64,000 nucleotides of DNA from Octopus sinensis (Eukaryota): positions 4,898,001 to 4,962,000 of the forward strand of contig NC_043021.1 of NCBI RefSeq assembly GCF_006345805.1, read 5' to 3'. Below the pieces are notes generated by a model, which made no database searches, had not been told where the DNA came from, and saw only the letters and a list, made by a program, of their open reading frames with translations. The translations under genes and the position numbers were made by a program. Positions 41,811 to 55,300 of this stretch are shown piece after piece; positions within the stretch are counted from its first letter, which is position 1, and every line of letters begins with the position of its first letter.

Positions 41811-44800
41811 ATGTGAAAGACAGACAGACAGACAAAGGGACTATGCAGCATGTGTTTGTAAATGATTGTCTGTGTGTACATAAAAGAGGGTGGTGATGTG
41901 TGTGTGTGTGGTGTGTGTGTGTATGTATATATACATATATGTATGTATCCACAATGCATGCATAGCTGCATGTATATGTTTGTGTGCAGTACCTGTGTAT
42001 GTGTGTAGGTGTGTGCATATATGCACAAGTGAATTGGTGAAATGTCTGTATCCACTACCCTAAATGGCCACAGTGCAGGTGGTGCTTGCAGCTATGGTAT
42101 ATGTAGTGGTAGTGATGGTATAAGTAGTGGTAGTAGTGCTACTGCACCTACATTCACTGCTTTTCTCCTCTTCTTGTTCTTTTAGTGGTGGTGGTGGTGG
42201 TAGCAGTAGTAGGAGGATTGTGGAGGTGCAATGGCCCAGTGGTTAGGGCAGCGGACTCGCGGTCATAGGATCGCGGTTTCGATTCCCAGACCGAGCGTTG
42301 TGAGTGTTTATTGAGCGAAAACACCTAAAGCTCCACGAGGCTCCGGCAGGGGATGGTGGTGATCCCTGCTGTACTCTTTCACCACAACTTTCTCTCACTC
42401 TTACTTCCTGTTTCTGTTGTACCTGTATTTCAAAGGGCCGGCCTTGTCACTCTCTGTGTCATGCTGAATATCCCCGAGAACTACGTTAAGGGTACACGTG
42501 TCTGTGGAGTGCTCAGCCACTTACACGTTAATTTCACGAGCAGGCTGTTCCGTTGATTCGGATCAACCGGAACCCTCGTCGTCGTAACCGACGGAGTGCT
42601 TCCATCCAGTAGGAGGATTATGATTGGGAGGCAGGGGCTGTGATTGTGGTGCTGTGGTGGTGATGGTTGTAGTCATCATTGTTGTCACGGTGATAATAAT
42701 GGTAAGGCAATGACAAACTCACCTTTTGCAAAGAGGCAATGTTGATGCCAAAATGGGCCAGGTGTTTGGCAAGGTATGGATCTTCTACCATGTCGTCTTC
42801 ATCATAAGAGTAAACATCTGCAAAACAACAATTATAACTACTACAACACAACAACAACAAAGAACAGACAGTTTTCCTCTGTCTGATGGCTCTGGCAAAA
42901 GAGATTGTGCAATGGACAAGACAGGAAAAAAAAACCCAGAAAATACACAATTTTCTATTCAACATTTTTTTTAATATTCCATTTAAAATGGAAAATGAGG
43001 GTTGATGGTTATGTGCTTACTCCCTATCCGTACATGGTCGATGCCAGCGCAACCTTGACTGGATTCCGTGCCGGTGGCACGTAAAAAGCACCAGCCGATC
43101 GTGGCCGTTGCCAGCCTCTCCTGGCACCAGTGCCAGTGGCACGTAAAAAGCACCCACTACACTCACAGAGTGGTTGGCATTAGGAGGGGTATCCAGCTGT
43201 AGAAACACTGCCAGATCAGACTGGAGCCTGGTGCAGCCTTCTGGCTTCCTAGACCTCCAGTCGAACCGTCCAACCCATGCTAACATGGAAAACGGATATT
43301 AAACGATGATGATGCAGGTGAATGTGGCAAGGATGGCCCCAGTGAATGGACCTACTGTAAATCTGTGCCCGTAGGCTAAAGAGTATGAAAGGGAGAAGAC
43401 CATTTGCCCTAATGATGATGGGTCCACTTCATACCAAAACCCAGAGCAGCAACATCAGCTCTGGTTCTATGATACAAAATCTCTTTTTAAAGAGTTGCAT
43501 ATTTAAATGAAAACACTAATGTTGGTAGTGTTCGGAATTCCCTGGAAATAGTTACTGTTTGGTAAGTAAATATTAAGAACTTACTCTCTATTCTCTGTTT
43601 ACAGATAAGAAATACAAATACGATCCAGGTGAAGACTGGACTTGGTGAAATCATAAAATTGCTGGCTTTGCACCAAAGTTAGAAATAACATTATTATTAT
43701 TACGTTTATGGCCATATCATGTTGAATGCACCAGTTCTTGAGCGATCACCAAAGTTAAGCAAGGTCAAGCCCAGTTAGTATTTGGACAAGTGACCACATG
43801 GGAAACCTAGCTTCTCACTTTTTAAGGTGGTGAGCTGGGCAAAAAATGCTTAGCAGCATTTCATTAATCTATAGGTTCCAGGTTCAAATGCTGTCTGGAT
43901 TGACTTAGCCTTTCCTCCTTTCAGGGTCAATAAAACAAGTACCAGCCAAGCACTGAGATCGTCTATGTTCTGAGTTCAAATTCCACCAAGGTTGACTTTG
44001 CCTTTCAACCTTTCAAGGTCAATAAAATAAGCACCAGTTGAATACTGGGGTCAGTGCTTTCAATTGGCTCCCTTCACCAAACTTGGTAGCCTGGTGCCAA
44101 AATTATTATTATTATTATTGTTGTTGTTGTTGTTGCTAAGTCTTTCTCTGAAAGTTTCAAATCTCAAATCCCTCAAATCCATCCAAGCTGAATCCAGTCT
44201 ACCACAACAACTTGAATCACAATATTGAACTTCTGTTGGGCTAACAACAAAAACATGACAGTGATGTTGATAGCAATGCAATTGCCGTAAATTCTCGAGT
44301 ATAATCCGCAATTTTTTCCCAAAATTTAAAAGTCAAAGTCCCTAGTGCATATTATATACAAGGTTAAAAATGAAAATTATTTTCTAAGCAATGTCCGAGT
44401 CTCTATTTGCTGTCCGGCAATGTTTATTCAGATGCATTTTGTGATGTCGGGTGCGAAAATACCTTAAATCATCCATAACTTGCAGTTAGCAACATTTATT
44501 AAACGTTATTACTGTCATTTCTTTATTTTCTGCAAACAAAATGCACAAAAAAGCTACACGTTTGCATTATGTTATATATATACAATAATAATAAAGGACA
44601 TTACCGTATACATTTTTACAAACCAAGGGCGTTATATAGACCTCCTTGACTCAAGTTAGAAGAGGTACGCATTATACACAAGGTTTAGGTTTTACAGAGG
44701 TACAGCCCCCTAAAAGTTCCCTGCATATTATACTCAAGGGCGGACTATACTCGAGGATATACGGTACATTGATGATGATGATGATATCAAACAAACCCAA

Positions 44801-47800
44801 ATTTCTACTCACCGGCACCGTCAGCTGTTATAGTACCCAGCTTCACAGCAAGAGGGTACTTGGTTATGTTGTAATAATCAACAGCATGATTGTTACCGCC
44901 ACTGCCATCAAAGAAACGGCGCCCACATAGGATGGCACCGTCTGTGAGGTTGAGCCACAAGTTAGTGGTCAGTTCACACATTTCACACTTCCAGCCAGTT
45001 GGCGGGATCTTCTTGCCATTGTCCAGTTGGAGCAGATTTTCAGCATGTCTACAAAAAAAAAGGAAAGGAAAAAAAAAAAAAGGTATTTGGTGAATTTGAC
45101 ACACACACACACATATTCCACTGTAAGTTGGTTGGTAAACAAGCAGAGACAACACAAGATCTTCAGTTGAGAATTGAGAATGTTCTGTACATAGAACTTG
45201 GCATGATGAAGGTTTCTGTTCTTTGAGTGCCACATCTTCTGACACCTAACTGAAAGTGCACCAGGCTGACCACATCATGAGAAAATCTGACATTGTTTCA
45301 GAGAGATCCCACCAGTTTCCTTCAAGATTTCTTAACCCAGGATGAGTGTTGGCTTCATCACTTTGATCCAGAGACAAAGAGATAATCCATGCAGTGGAAA
45401 CACTCCCTGCTCACCTTCTTCAAAGAAGGTCAAGGTCATTTCATCTGCATGGAAGGTGATGCAAAAGGCATTGAGTTTATTGACAATCTTTAAAAGGGCC
45501 ACACCTATTTCTTTACTATCCACAAGGGGCTACACACATAGGGGACAAACAAGGACAGACACATGGATTAAGTCGATTATATCGTCCCCAGTGCGTAACT
45601 GGTACTTATTTAATCGACCCTGAAAGAATGAAAGGCAAAGTCGACCTCGGTGGAATTTGAACTCAGAACATAGATGGATGAAATACCTATTTCTTTACTA
45701 CCCACAAGGGGCTAAACACAGAGAGGACAAACAAGGACAGACAAATGGATTAAGTCAATAATATCGACCCCAGTGTGTAACTGGTACTTATTTAATCGAC
45801 CCCGAAAAGATGAAAGGCAAAGTCGACCTTGGCGGAATTTGAACTCAGAGCGTAACGGCAGACGAAATACAGGTATGCATTTCGCCCGGCGGGCTAACGA
45901 TTCTGCCAGCTCACCGCCTTTAAAAGGGCCACACCATCAATGGAGAATACTATGCCAACATACTGAGGCAGTTACAAAAAGACTATCAAGACTAAATGCC
46001 CAGGAAAATTGATGAAAGGGGTCTTGCTTCATTAAGACAATGCTCCAGCACTTAAGTACTTGCTTTCAACGGCCGCTGCACATGAATGCGGCCTTCAGTT
46101 GGTTGTTCCCCTTCCCTATTCTCCTGATTTTGTCCCACCTGACAATCATCTGTTCCCCAACACGGAAAAACACCTGGCTGGGAATCAGTATTGCAGTGAT
46201 GATGACATCATACATGCTGCTGATGGATTACGTTACATAACGCGACCTTCCTTTTTCGAAAGGGTAGGGTACAGTTTTAGGAAATTCGGCTGCTATTTCA
46301 ACCATGAACATATATCTTTTATTGGCGAATGCGGCCATGCTGGGGCACAACCTTCAAGAAATTTAGTCGAACGAATCGACCTCAGTTAATGATTTTAAAG
46401 GCTTTTACTTATACTATTTTCTCTTTTGCCAAACTGCTAGGTTTCGGGGACATAAGCACACCAACACCGGTTATCAAGTGTGCGGGACAAACGCTGACAA
46501 AAAGACACATGCGCACGCACACACACACAGAGTTCCACTTTTTTGACCAAGAGGATGAAAACTTCTTCGCTAATGGGATCCAGGCACTGCAACACTGATG
46601 GGAGATGTGTCATCATCATCATCATCATCAGCGTTTAACGTCCGTTTTCCATGCTAGCATGGGTTGGACGGTTCAACTGGTGTCTGGGAAGCCAGGAGGC
46701 TGCGCCAGGCCCAGTCTGATCTGGCAGCGTTTCTACAGCTGGATGCCCATCCTAACGCCAACCACTCCAAGAGTGTAGTGGGTGCTTTTTATGTGCCACC
46801 TGCACAGGTGCCAGAGGAGGCTGGCAAAACGGCCACGATCGGGTGGTGCTTTTTACGTGCCACCGGCACGGGGGCCAGATGAGGCTGGCAGTGAACTGAA
46901 AAGGGGACTACATTGAAAAATAAACTTCATTTGGTCACATTCCATCAAAATATTTTGGTCAGCCGATGAACTTTTCAGCCAACCCTCTTAGTCACTGACC
47001 AGCCCATGTTGAGATCGCTGACCTGACTATTCTCTAGTTCTAGCTCTCTGGTTCATGTCCCTCGAGTTTTAGGGACATTATAAAATGCACCCAGAACAAT
47101 CAGTGAAGCTGTTGACAAACAAGTAGAGATTGCACAAGGTTGGCAGAACCCTTCCAGTCTTGTCGAGGACATGGAAACCTCTCTAGTTCGAGGGACATGA
47201 TAAAATACACCCAGTGTCTCTGTGAAGGGGTTGGTGATAGGAAAGGTACCCAGCTATAGAAGACAAACCAAAAATAAGATATATGAGGAAGATGTGGCCC
47301 TCCAACCTGTCTGGAAATGCACGATAGGATCAGTAACTCTGAATAAAAACTGATTCATACTTTGATGATCCATTCAACCTATGCTGGAATGGAAAGCAGA
47401 CATTTGATGATGGGGATGATGACTTACTTGCTTATGATTCTCTTGTCCCCTTCCCAAGATCCTGTTGCTAATGCTGCTTCTTCCATCTTCAGAGCGTCTT
47501 CAGCCTCAATGATGGCAATAGCCGACAGGTTCACCTACAATAGAGACATCACACGAAATAGATAAACAAGAGATGACAGGCAGGCAGACATTCACACACA
47601 CATGCACACACATACATACACACACACACACACATGCACATACGTGCGTGCGCACACACACATGCACACACACACACATACATGCACGCACACACATGCA
47701 CACACACACACACACATGCAAACACATACATGCACACACACACATACATGCATGCACACACATACATGCATACACACATGCACATACACACACACACACA

Positions 47801-47909
47801 CAAATGCACACACATACATGCACACACACATGCACATACACACACACACATACACGCACACGCACACACATGCACACGCGCACACACACACACACGCGCG
47901 CGCGCGCAC

Positions 47910-47946
<37 letters not shown>

Positions 47947-49258
47947 CACATACGTGCGTGCGCACACACATGCACACACACACACATACATGCACGCACA
48001 CACATGCACACACACACACACACACATGCAAACACATACATGCACACACACACATACATGCATGCACACACATTCATGCATACACACATGCACATACACA
48101 CACACACACAAATGCACACACATACATGCATACACACATACATGCACACACACATGCACATACACACACACATGCACACACACATACACGCACACGCACA
48201 CACATGCACACGCACACACACACACACACACAAACTGAAATACACATATCTATGTGATGGTGAAAAATTACAATTTCAGGTAATTGCGGGTCTGGATATG
48301 GAAGAACATTCCAGTCAGGCAGGGCAAGCACAGATATATCTTCAACAAACTCAAAAGACTTCTGGTTAGCATCAAAACCTCCTTCAACACCTAAAGGAAA
48401 AAACAGAGAGAAACAAAAAGGGAGCTTTCAGTTAAAAACCATTTTAAGAGGGCCATGTTCAGAAATTAAAATCAAACCAAATCAAATCAGATATCAGAAA
48501 GCAGAACCAAAATCGAAGTCGATCAACATCAATGGAAATTTGGGCTGTGATACCAGTGCCGGTGACAAGTAAGCGAACCATCCGATCGTGGCCGTTGCCA
48601 GCACCGCCCCAACCGGCCTCCGTGCCGGTGACACATAAAAAGCACCATCCGTTTGTGGCCATTGTCAGCCTCGCCTGGCCCCTGTGCCAGTGGCACGTAA
48701 AAGCACCATCCGTTCGCGGCCGTTTGCCAGCTCCATCTAGCACCTGTGCAGGTGGTACGTAAAAAGCACCCACTACACTCACGGAGTGGTTAGCGTTAGG
48801 AAGGGCATCCAGCCGTAGAAACACTGCCAGATCAGACTGGGCCTGATGCAGCCTTCTGGCTTCCCAGACCCCAGTTGAACCGTCCAACCCATGCTAGCAT
48901 GGAAAATGGACACTAAATGATGATGATGATGATGAAGAAAGAAAATGTGACTCTGATAGTCAAGAAGAATGTAATTAAGTTTATTACTTGCTTCAATCAC
49001 GAGACTGTGGCCATGCTGGAGCACTACCTTGAAGAACTTTTAGTCAAATGAACCAACCCCGGTACCTATTTTTTTTCAAGCCTTATAGGCGCAGGAGTGG
49101 CTGTGTGGTAAGTAGCTTGCTAACCAACCACATGGTTCCGGGTTCAGTCCCACTGCGTGGCACCTTGGGCAAGTGTCTTCTACTATAGCCTCGGGCCGAC
49201 CAAAGCCTTGTGAGTGGATTTGGTAGACGGAAACTGAAAGAAGCCCGTCGTATATATG

Positions 49259-49304
<46 letters not shown>

Positions 49305-52300
49305 CATGTGTGTCTGTGTTTGTCCCCCTAGTATTGCTTGACAACCGATGCTGGTGTGTTTATGTCCCCGTCACTTAGCGGTTCGGCAAAAGAGACCAAT
49401 AGAATAAGTACTGGGCTTACAAAGAATAAGTCCCGGGGTCGATTTGCTCGACTAAAGGCGGTGCTCCAGCATGGCCGCAGTCAAATGACTGAAACAAGTA
49501 AAAGAGTAAAAGAGAGTAAGAGTATACTAATTCTATTGATCTCTTTTGCCAAACCACTAAGTTACATGAACATAAACACCCCAGTCACCAAGCAACAATG
49601 AAGGTGATGATTATTTTCCATGCAGCTGGAAGACACCCTTCCTGTTGTCAATCCCTTTTACTTGCCTATTATAACATGCGTGAAGGTGACATTGTTTAGT
49701 GGTTAGGGTGTTGTGTTCATGATTATAAGATTGTGGTTTCAATTCTTGGCCCGGGCAGTGTCTTGTGTTCTTGGGCAAAACACTTCATTTCCTATTGCTC
49801 CACTCCACTCAGCAGGCAAAAGTGAGAAAATTCTGCAATGGACCAGTGTCCCATCCAGAGCAGAAATTCATAAATTTATATGCTAGAGAGCCTGGGGAAC
49901 CAGCCGTATGTGCCTTATGGCTTTTTTTTTTAATATATAGTTACAAGCAGTATCGCCCGGCGTTGCTCGGGTTTGTAAGGGAAATAACTATATAAGCATT
50001 TTTAGAGAGTTACTTCCCTTATATAAACCGACCAAAAAAAAATGCATTAAAAATGCGAAAAAATGATGGTAAATTTTTTTATAATCGTAGACTCATCGTA
50101 GACGCGCGCTAATACCCAGAAGGGCTCGATATGAATCACGACTATAAGATACCCGCTTTTGGTTAAACTGCACCGCAAAATGTGGGAGTAGTTAGGAATC
50201 TAAATCGGAGGAGACAGACTCTCACACACACAACTTCAGTTTTATATATAAAGATAACATGCAGGGCTGGCTGCAGTATTCCTTGGATTTCTTTCTGCAC
50301 AGCTACCAACTCACAAGATAAACAGAAAATCAGTAAACACCTCCCAGATCCAGTAGATGTCTAAAAGAGAAGTAAACTTACCAATAGCAAGTCGAGTGGG
50401 TTTCTTCAAGGGAGGAGGATCTTCTGAAGCTTTCTGAATCTAAAAATAAAGAAACAATATTATTACTATCATCATCATTATCATTATTATTATTATTATT
50501 GTTGTTGTTGTTGTTGAGTGAGAGAAGGTACAAGTGTGACTATATGTTAAAAAGTAAGAGTGAATGAGAGTAGGAGTGTATGAGTGAGAGTGTGAGCAAG
50601 TGTGTGTGTGTGTGAGAGCAGGTACTAGTGTGAGAGAGAGAGAGTGTGTGTGTGTTTGTGTGTGTGTGAGTGAGTGAGACTGTGTGCAGGTGAGTGAGAG
50701 TGTGTTTGAGCAAGTGAGAGCATATGCAAATGAGTGTGTGCATGAGTGAAAGCAGATGCCAAAAGAGGGTGTGTGAGAGAGTGAGTTTGAGCGAGTGAGT
50801 GAGAGTGTGAGTGAGCAAATGTGAGTGAGCAAGTGAGAGTGTGTACCAATAAACCTATCCTAGTACTTATATTTTAAGTCTGGTACTTATTCTATCAGTC
50901 TCTTTTACTAAACTGCTAAGTTACAGGGAAGTAAACAAGCCTCATAGTTTCCGTCTACTGAATTCACTCACAAGGCATTGGTCAATCCAGGACTGTAGCA
51001 GAAGACAACTGCCCAAGGTGCAGCATAATGGGACTGAACCTGAAACCCTGCGGTTACAAAGCGACATTCTTAACTACAGAGGCATGCCTGCGCCTATGTT
51101 AGGTATGATATCATATACAAGTGGGCCTTGCGCAAATGTGTAAAAGAAAGCAAAACTGCAAGCAGGCCATTGTAAAATGAAGTTACTAACCATCATAGAC
51201 AGGTGGATTTCAACCAGGGTTCATATAACCTTTGTGGGTCCATATACAATTCTGTTATTAAAATTGATCTTCAATAAATTGCTTATACTTCTATAATATA
51301 TATATATATATATATCACGTGACCGACCAGACCATCAGATGTTGTTACACATCACTGGTCACAATGCGTTCGCATTGTTTTAGCCTTCGAATGACGCCAC
51401 CCCGCTGGCTAAGCGAGCAGGCCAACAGAAGAAAGAGTGGGAGAAAGAGTGGTGAAAGAGTACAGCAGGGATCACCACCCCCTGCCGGAGCCTCGTGGAG
51501 CTTTAGGTGTTTTCGCTCAATAAACACTCACAACACCCGGTCTGGGATTCGAAACCACAATCCTACGACTGCGAGTCCACTGCCCTAACCACTGGGCCAT
51601 CATTATCATCATCGTTTAACGTCCACTTTCCATGCTGGCATGGGTTGAACGAATGACTGAGGGCTGGCGAACCAGGTGACTGCACCAGGCTTCAATCTTG
51701 ATCTGGCAGAGTTTCTACAGCTGGATGCCCTTCCTAATGCCAACCACTCCGAGAGTGTAGTGGGGATGGGAGTGAGAGAATGAAAGACTGAAGGTAACAC
51801 AACTGTTTCCAGTTCTCTGAAGGTAACAACTTACTGTTTTTCTCCTCCGTTTAATATGCAAGAAGACACCATTGCCAGTCTTTTTGAAATGTTCTTCTAC
51901 GTACAGCTTGCCTAGACCCAGAAATGTATTCATACAAATGTACAAACCAGTTTCACTCTCCTGGAAAAAAAAAAAGAAAAAGAAAATAAAAAGAACAAAA
52001 AATAAGACAAATATTACATTCAACAAAAGAATTATTGGTGTGAAGAAGAAGATGATTAAAATTCACTGAAATCAAAACCATGTCAAGATAAAAAGAAACA
52101 GCGCACACAGATTGAAGGCTACAGAGAAGCGACATAACTCCACTATGTGTGTGTGTGTGGTGTGTGTGTGTGTCTCTCCTTGTTTTTTTTTCTGTGTATC
52201 TTTCTGTCGAAGAGCGTAGGCTCGAAATGTAAAAGACTTTTTCTATTCCTGAGCGCTATACTAATACATTTGTTTGTTTGTACTCCACCTGCCTTCATCT

Positions 52301-55300
52301 TTTGTTTATTTTCGTAAACTTTCCCTTTATACTTATATATATACACACACGCGCACAAACAGGGGCAGGCATAGATGGGTCGTAAAAAGTTTGCTTCCCA
52401 ACCACATGGTTCCGGGTTCAGTCACACTAAGTGGCATTTACGGGCCAGTGTCTTCTACTATAGCCCCAGCTCAACCAAGGACTTGTTAGTGGATCTAGCA
52501 GACAGAAACTGAAAGAAGGCTGTTGCATGTGTATGTGCACACACACACGTGTATATATATATTTAGTTAGTTAGTTAATTTTTTGGCTCAAAAAGCAAAA
52601 AGCAAGGCCATGTAGGGGGACATGGAGTTATGTACAGGGTGGTGTTCATGTAAAGAGTTCAGGCCATTTCTGGTCAAGGGAGACTTTGAACCGAGCGGTC
52701 ATCGGCATCTTTACTATCTCGTCCGGCAGCTTATTCCACGGATCCGCAACCCGGACGGAGAAAGCCCCTCTCCTTCGATTGAGATGAAATCGTCGCAGAT
52801 AGAGCTTTTCGGAGTGACTCCGCAGCCGACGCTCTGGAGCAGGAGTGAAGAACAGCTCTTTCAAGAGGTTACACTTTCCGCTTATGATGTTGTGAGCAAG
52901 AATGAAATCACAACAGCGGCGGCGTTTTTCTAGAGAATAAAGGTCAAGCGTCTTCAGCCTTTCTTCATAAGACAAATGCTTGAGACCAAGAACCATGCGG
53001 GTAGCCAGCTTCTGGACTCTTTCAAGATGCTGTATGTCGTTGAGGAGATAAGGAGAAGAGGTTTGAATCCCGTACTCCAATATGTATATATAAATATATA
53101 TATATGTATATATGTGTATATTTGTATGTATATATCTACATGAATATATATATGAAATATGTCACAAACATTTTTTAACTAATCTAAACTTTGCTTATGC
53201 CTCAACACAGCTTGGCACTAATGTTATGGTGTGTATATATATATATATCGTCGTTCATCATCATGATGATGAACGACGATATATATATATATATACACAC
53301 CATAACATTAGTGCCAAGCTGTGTTGAGGCATAAGCAAAGTTTAGATTAGTTAAAAAATGTTTGTGACATATTTCATATATATATTCATGTAGATATATA
53401 CATACAAATATACACATATATACATACACATATATACACACATATACATGCATACACACACACGCACACACATATATACATACACACACATATATATATA
53501 TATATATATATTAGCAGTACTACCTGGTGTTGCCTGGGTTAAAGAGAATAATAAAATTTTAAGATGCTGTTGAGATTACGCAGGTCCCAGCTGCCAGTAG
53601 CTGAGATACCTACTGTCTACATTAATAAATCTCCAACCCATCCCAGCATGGAACGTAGACATTAAGTGAAATGTTAAAAGAAAGTTTTCAATCCATATAT
53701 GTATATAAAGATATAGAGAGAGGGGGGAGAGAGAGAGAGAGAGAGAGAGAGAGCTAGCTGGTTAGACAAACAAGACAGATATAGACAGATAAATAAGAAA
53801 CAGAAAGATAGATAGATATAGAGATAGAGATGAATAGAGAGATAAATAGAGAGATATAGACATCACTGACGCTAGAAAACCAGAAGTAGATATTTTTTTT
53901 AACTTTCAAAGACATGAATCTACTATAAAAAGCAATATTTTTTTTAATGACTAATGGATGTAAGGGAGAGGATGTGGACCTGATGTGAATACCAAGGCTG
54001 TGGACGGGGATGAAGCTGAGTACATCTCTGTTGATGCCATCCTTGACAAGTCCAGCAGTCTGGGCCTCAACCTGCCAGTGCCCATGAACTGTGCAGACCA
54101 TACTTTCAACTTGGTAGCCAGCATGGATGCTGACAAGACTCTTGACAGCGCTTAGCTCAAGTTGGCCTACACGAAGGCCATGTCCAAGGAACAGCAACTG
54201 TGAAATATGCAGAGCCGCAGCACAGTGGCAGCAGACAGCATTCTGAACATGCTGAAGAGGAGGCTGATCCTTCTCTCTTGCACACTGCATCTAATTCTTA
54301 TGCCCAACTTTTCCTTCAAAACACTAACACTCTATTGTACATTGTACACTGACATTGCACATCCAGCAAAGCATACTAGGTTCATTCCTCTCTAGCCTTC
54401 ATACGTCTTCTATATTCAGGGTCCATGTCTCACTAACATGTAGCATAGCTGTTTGTATACATGCATCATACAATTTTCCATTCACTCAGAGAGAGTGGTT
54501 GCCAACAGAGATAAAAGCTCTCTAAATTTTTTCATCCTATTCTTATTCTCAAGCTTTGGTGTTGGAGAAGACTTTTACAGATTCCATGGACAGCGAGGCT
54601 CACCAATGGAGAAGTTCTTAAGCTGATCAGGCTGAAAATGTCGCTAGAAACTAGGATCACCAAGCATAGATTGGCATATTTTGGTCATATTATGCGGAGA
54701 AAATCCCTGGAGAAGGACATCATGCTCGGAATGGTCAGTGGCAAGAGAGGAAGAGGCTGACCAAGAACCCGCTGGCTTGACACCATCAAGAGGGATACCA
54801 GAATGGACATAGCCAATCTGAAAGAAGCAGCCCAGGATGGAACTGACTGGAGGACACTGATCCAACGAGTGACCGAGAGTCGACTTCGACTGAGCGGATA
54901 GATAGATAGATTCTTATTCTAACAACTACACTTTCTGTATGACCTCCCCCGCTACTAATTAGTCTTCTAGGTAGCAGAAATTATCCACTACTTCTAACAA
55001 GCCTTCAGGGCATCTGAACAAATCAATTTCCTGAGAATCTGTAGTTTTTATGGCTCATGCATCTTCCATATACAAATACTAATCTGATAATCTTCCTATT
55101 GTTCCACTGCATATCCGTGTGTCCATAACTTGCACTGTACACCATATGGAATTTCTGCCTACACCTTTCCTACATATCAAGCAGGGCCATTTACCTGAAG
55201 GGGCTAGAGTCCTGTTTAGTTTTCTAATCTTAAAGCCCTTCAATTTCAGGTTTTGCTTCCACACCTGGAATCTTTTTTTTCTAACTCTGATACAGAATCT

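Noticed and set aside
14605-49601. Recurrent ORFs such as [33 protein letters not shown] and MLAWVGRFD..
   Set aside because: Chance frames through multi-copy SINE B and family D repeats, not a gene family
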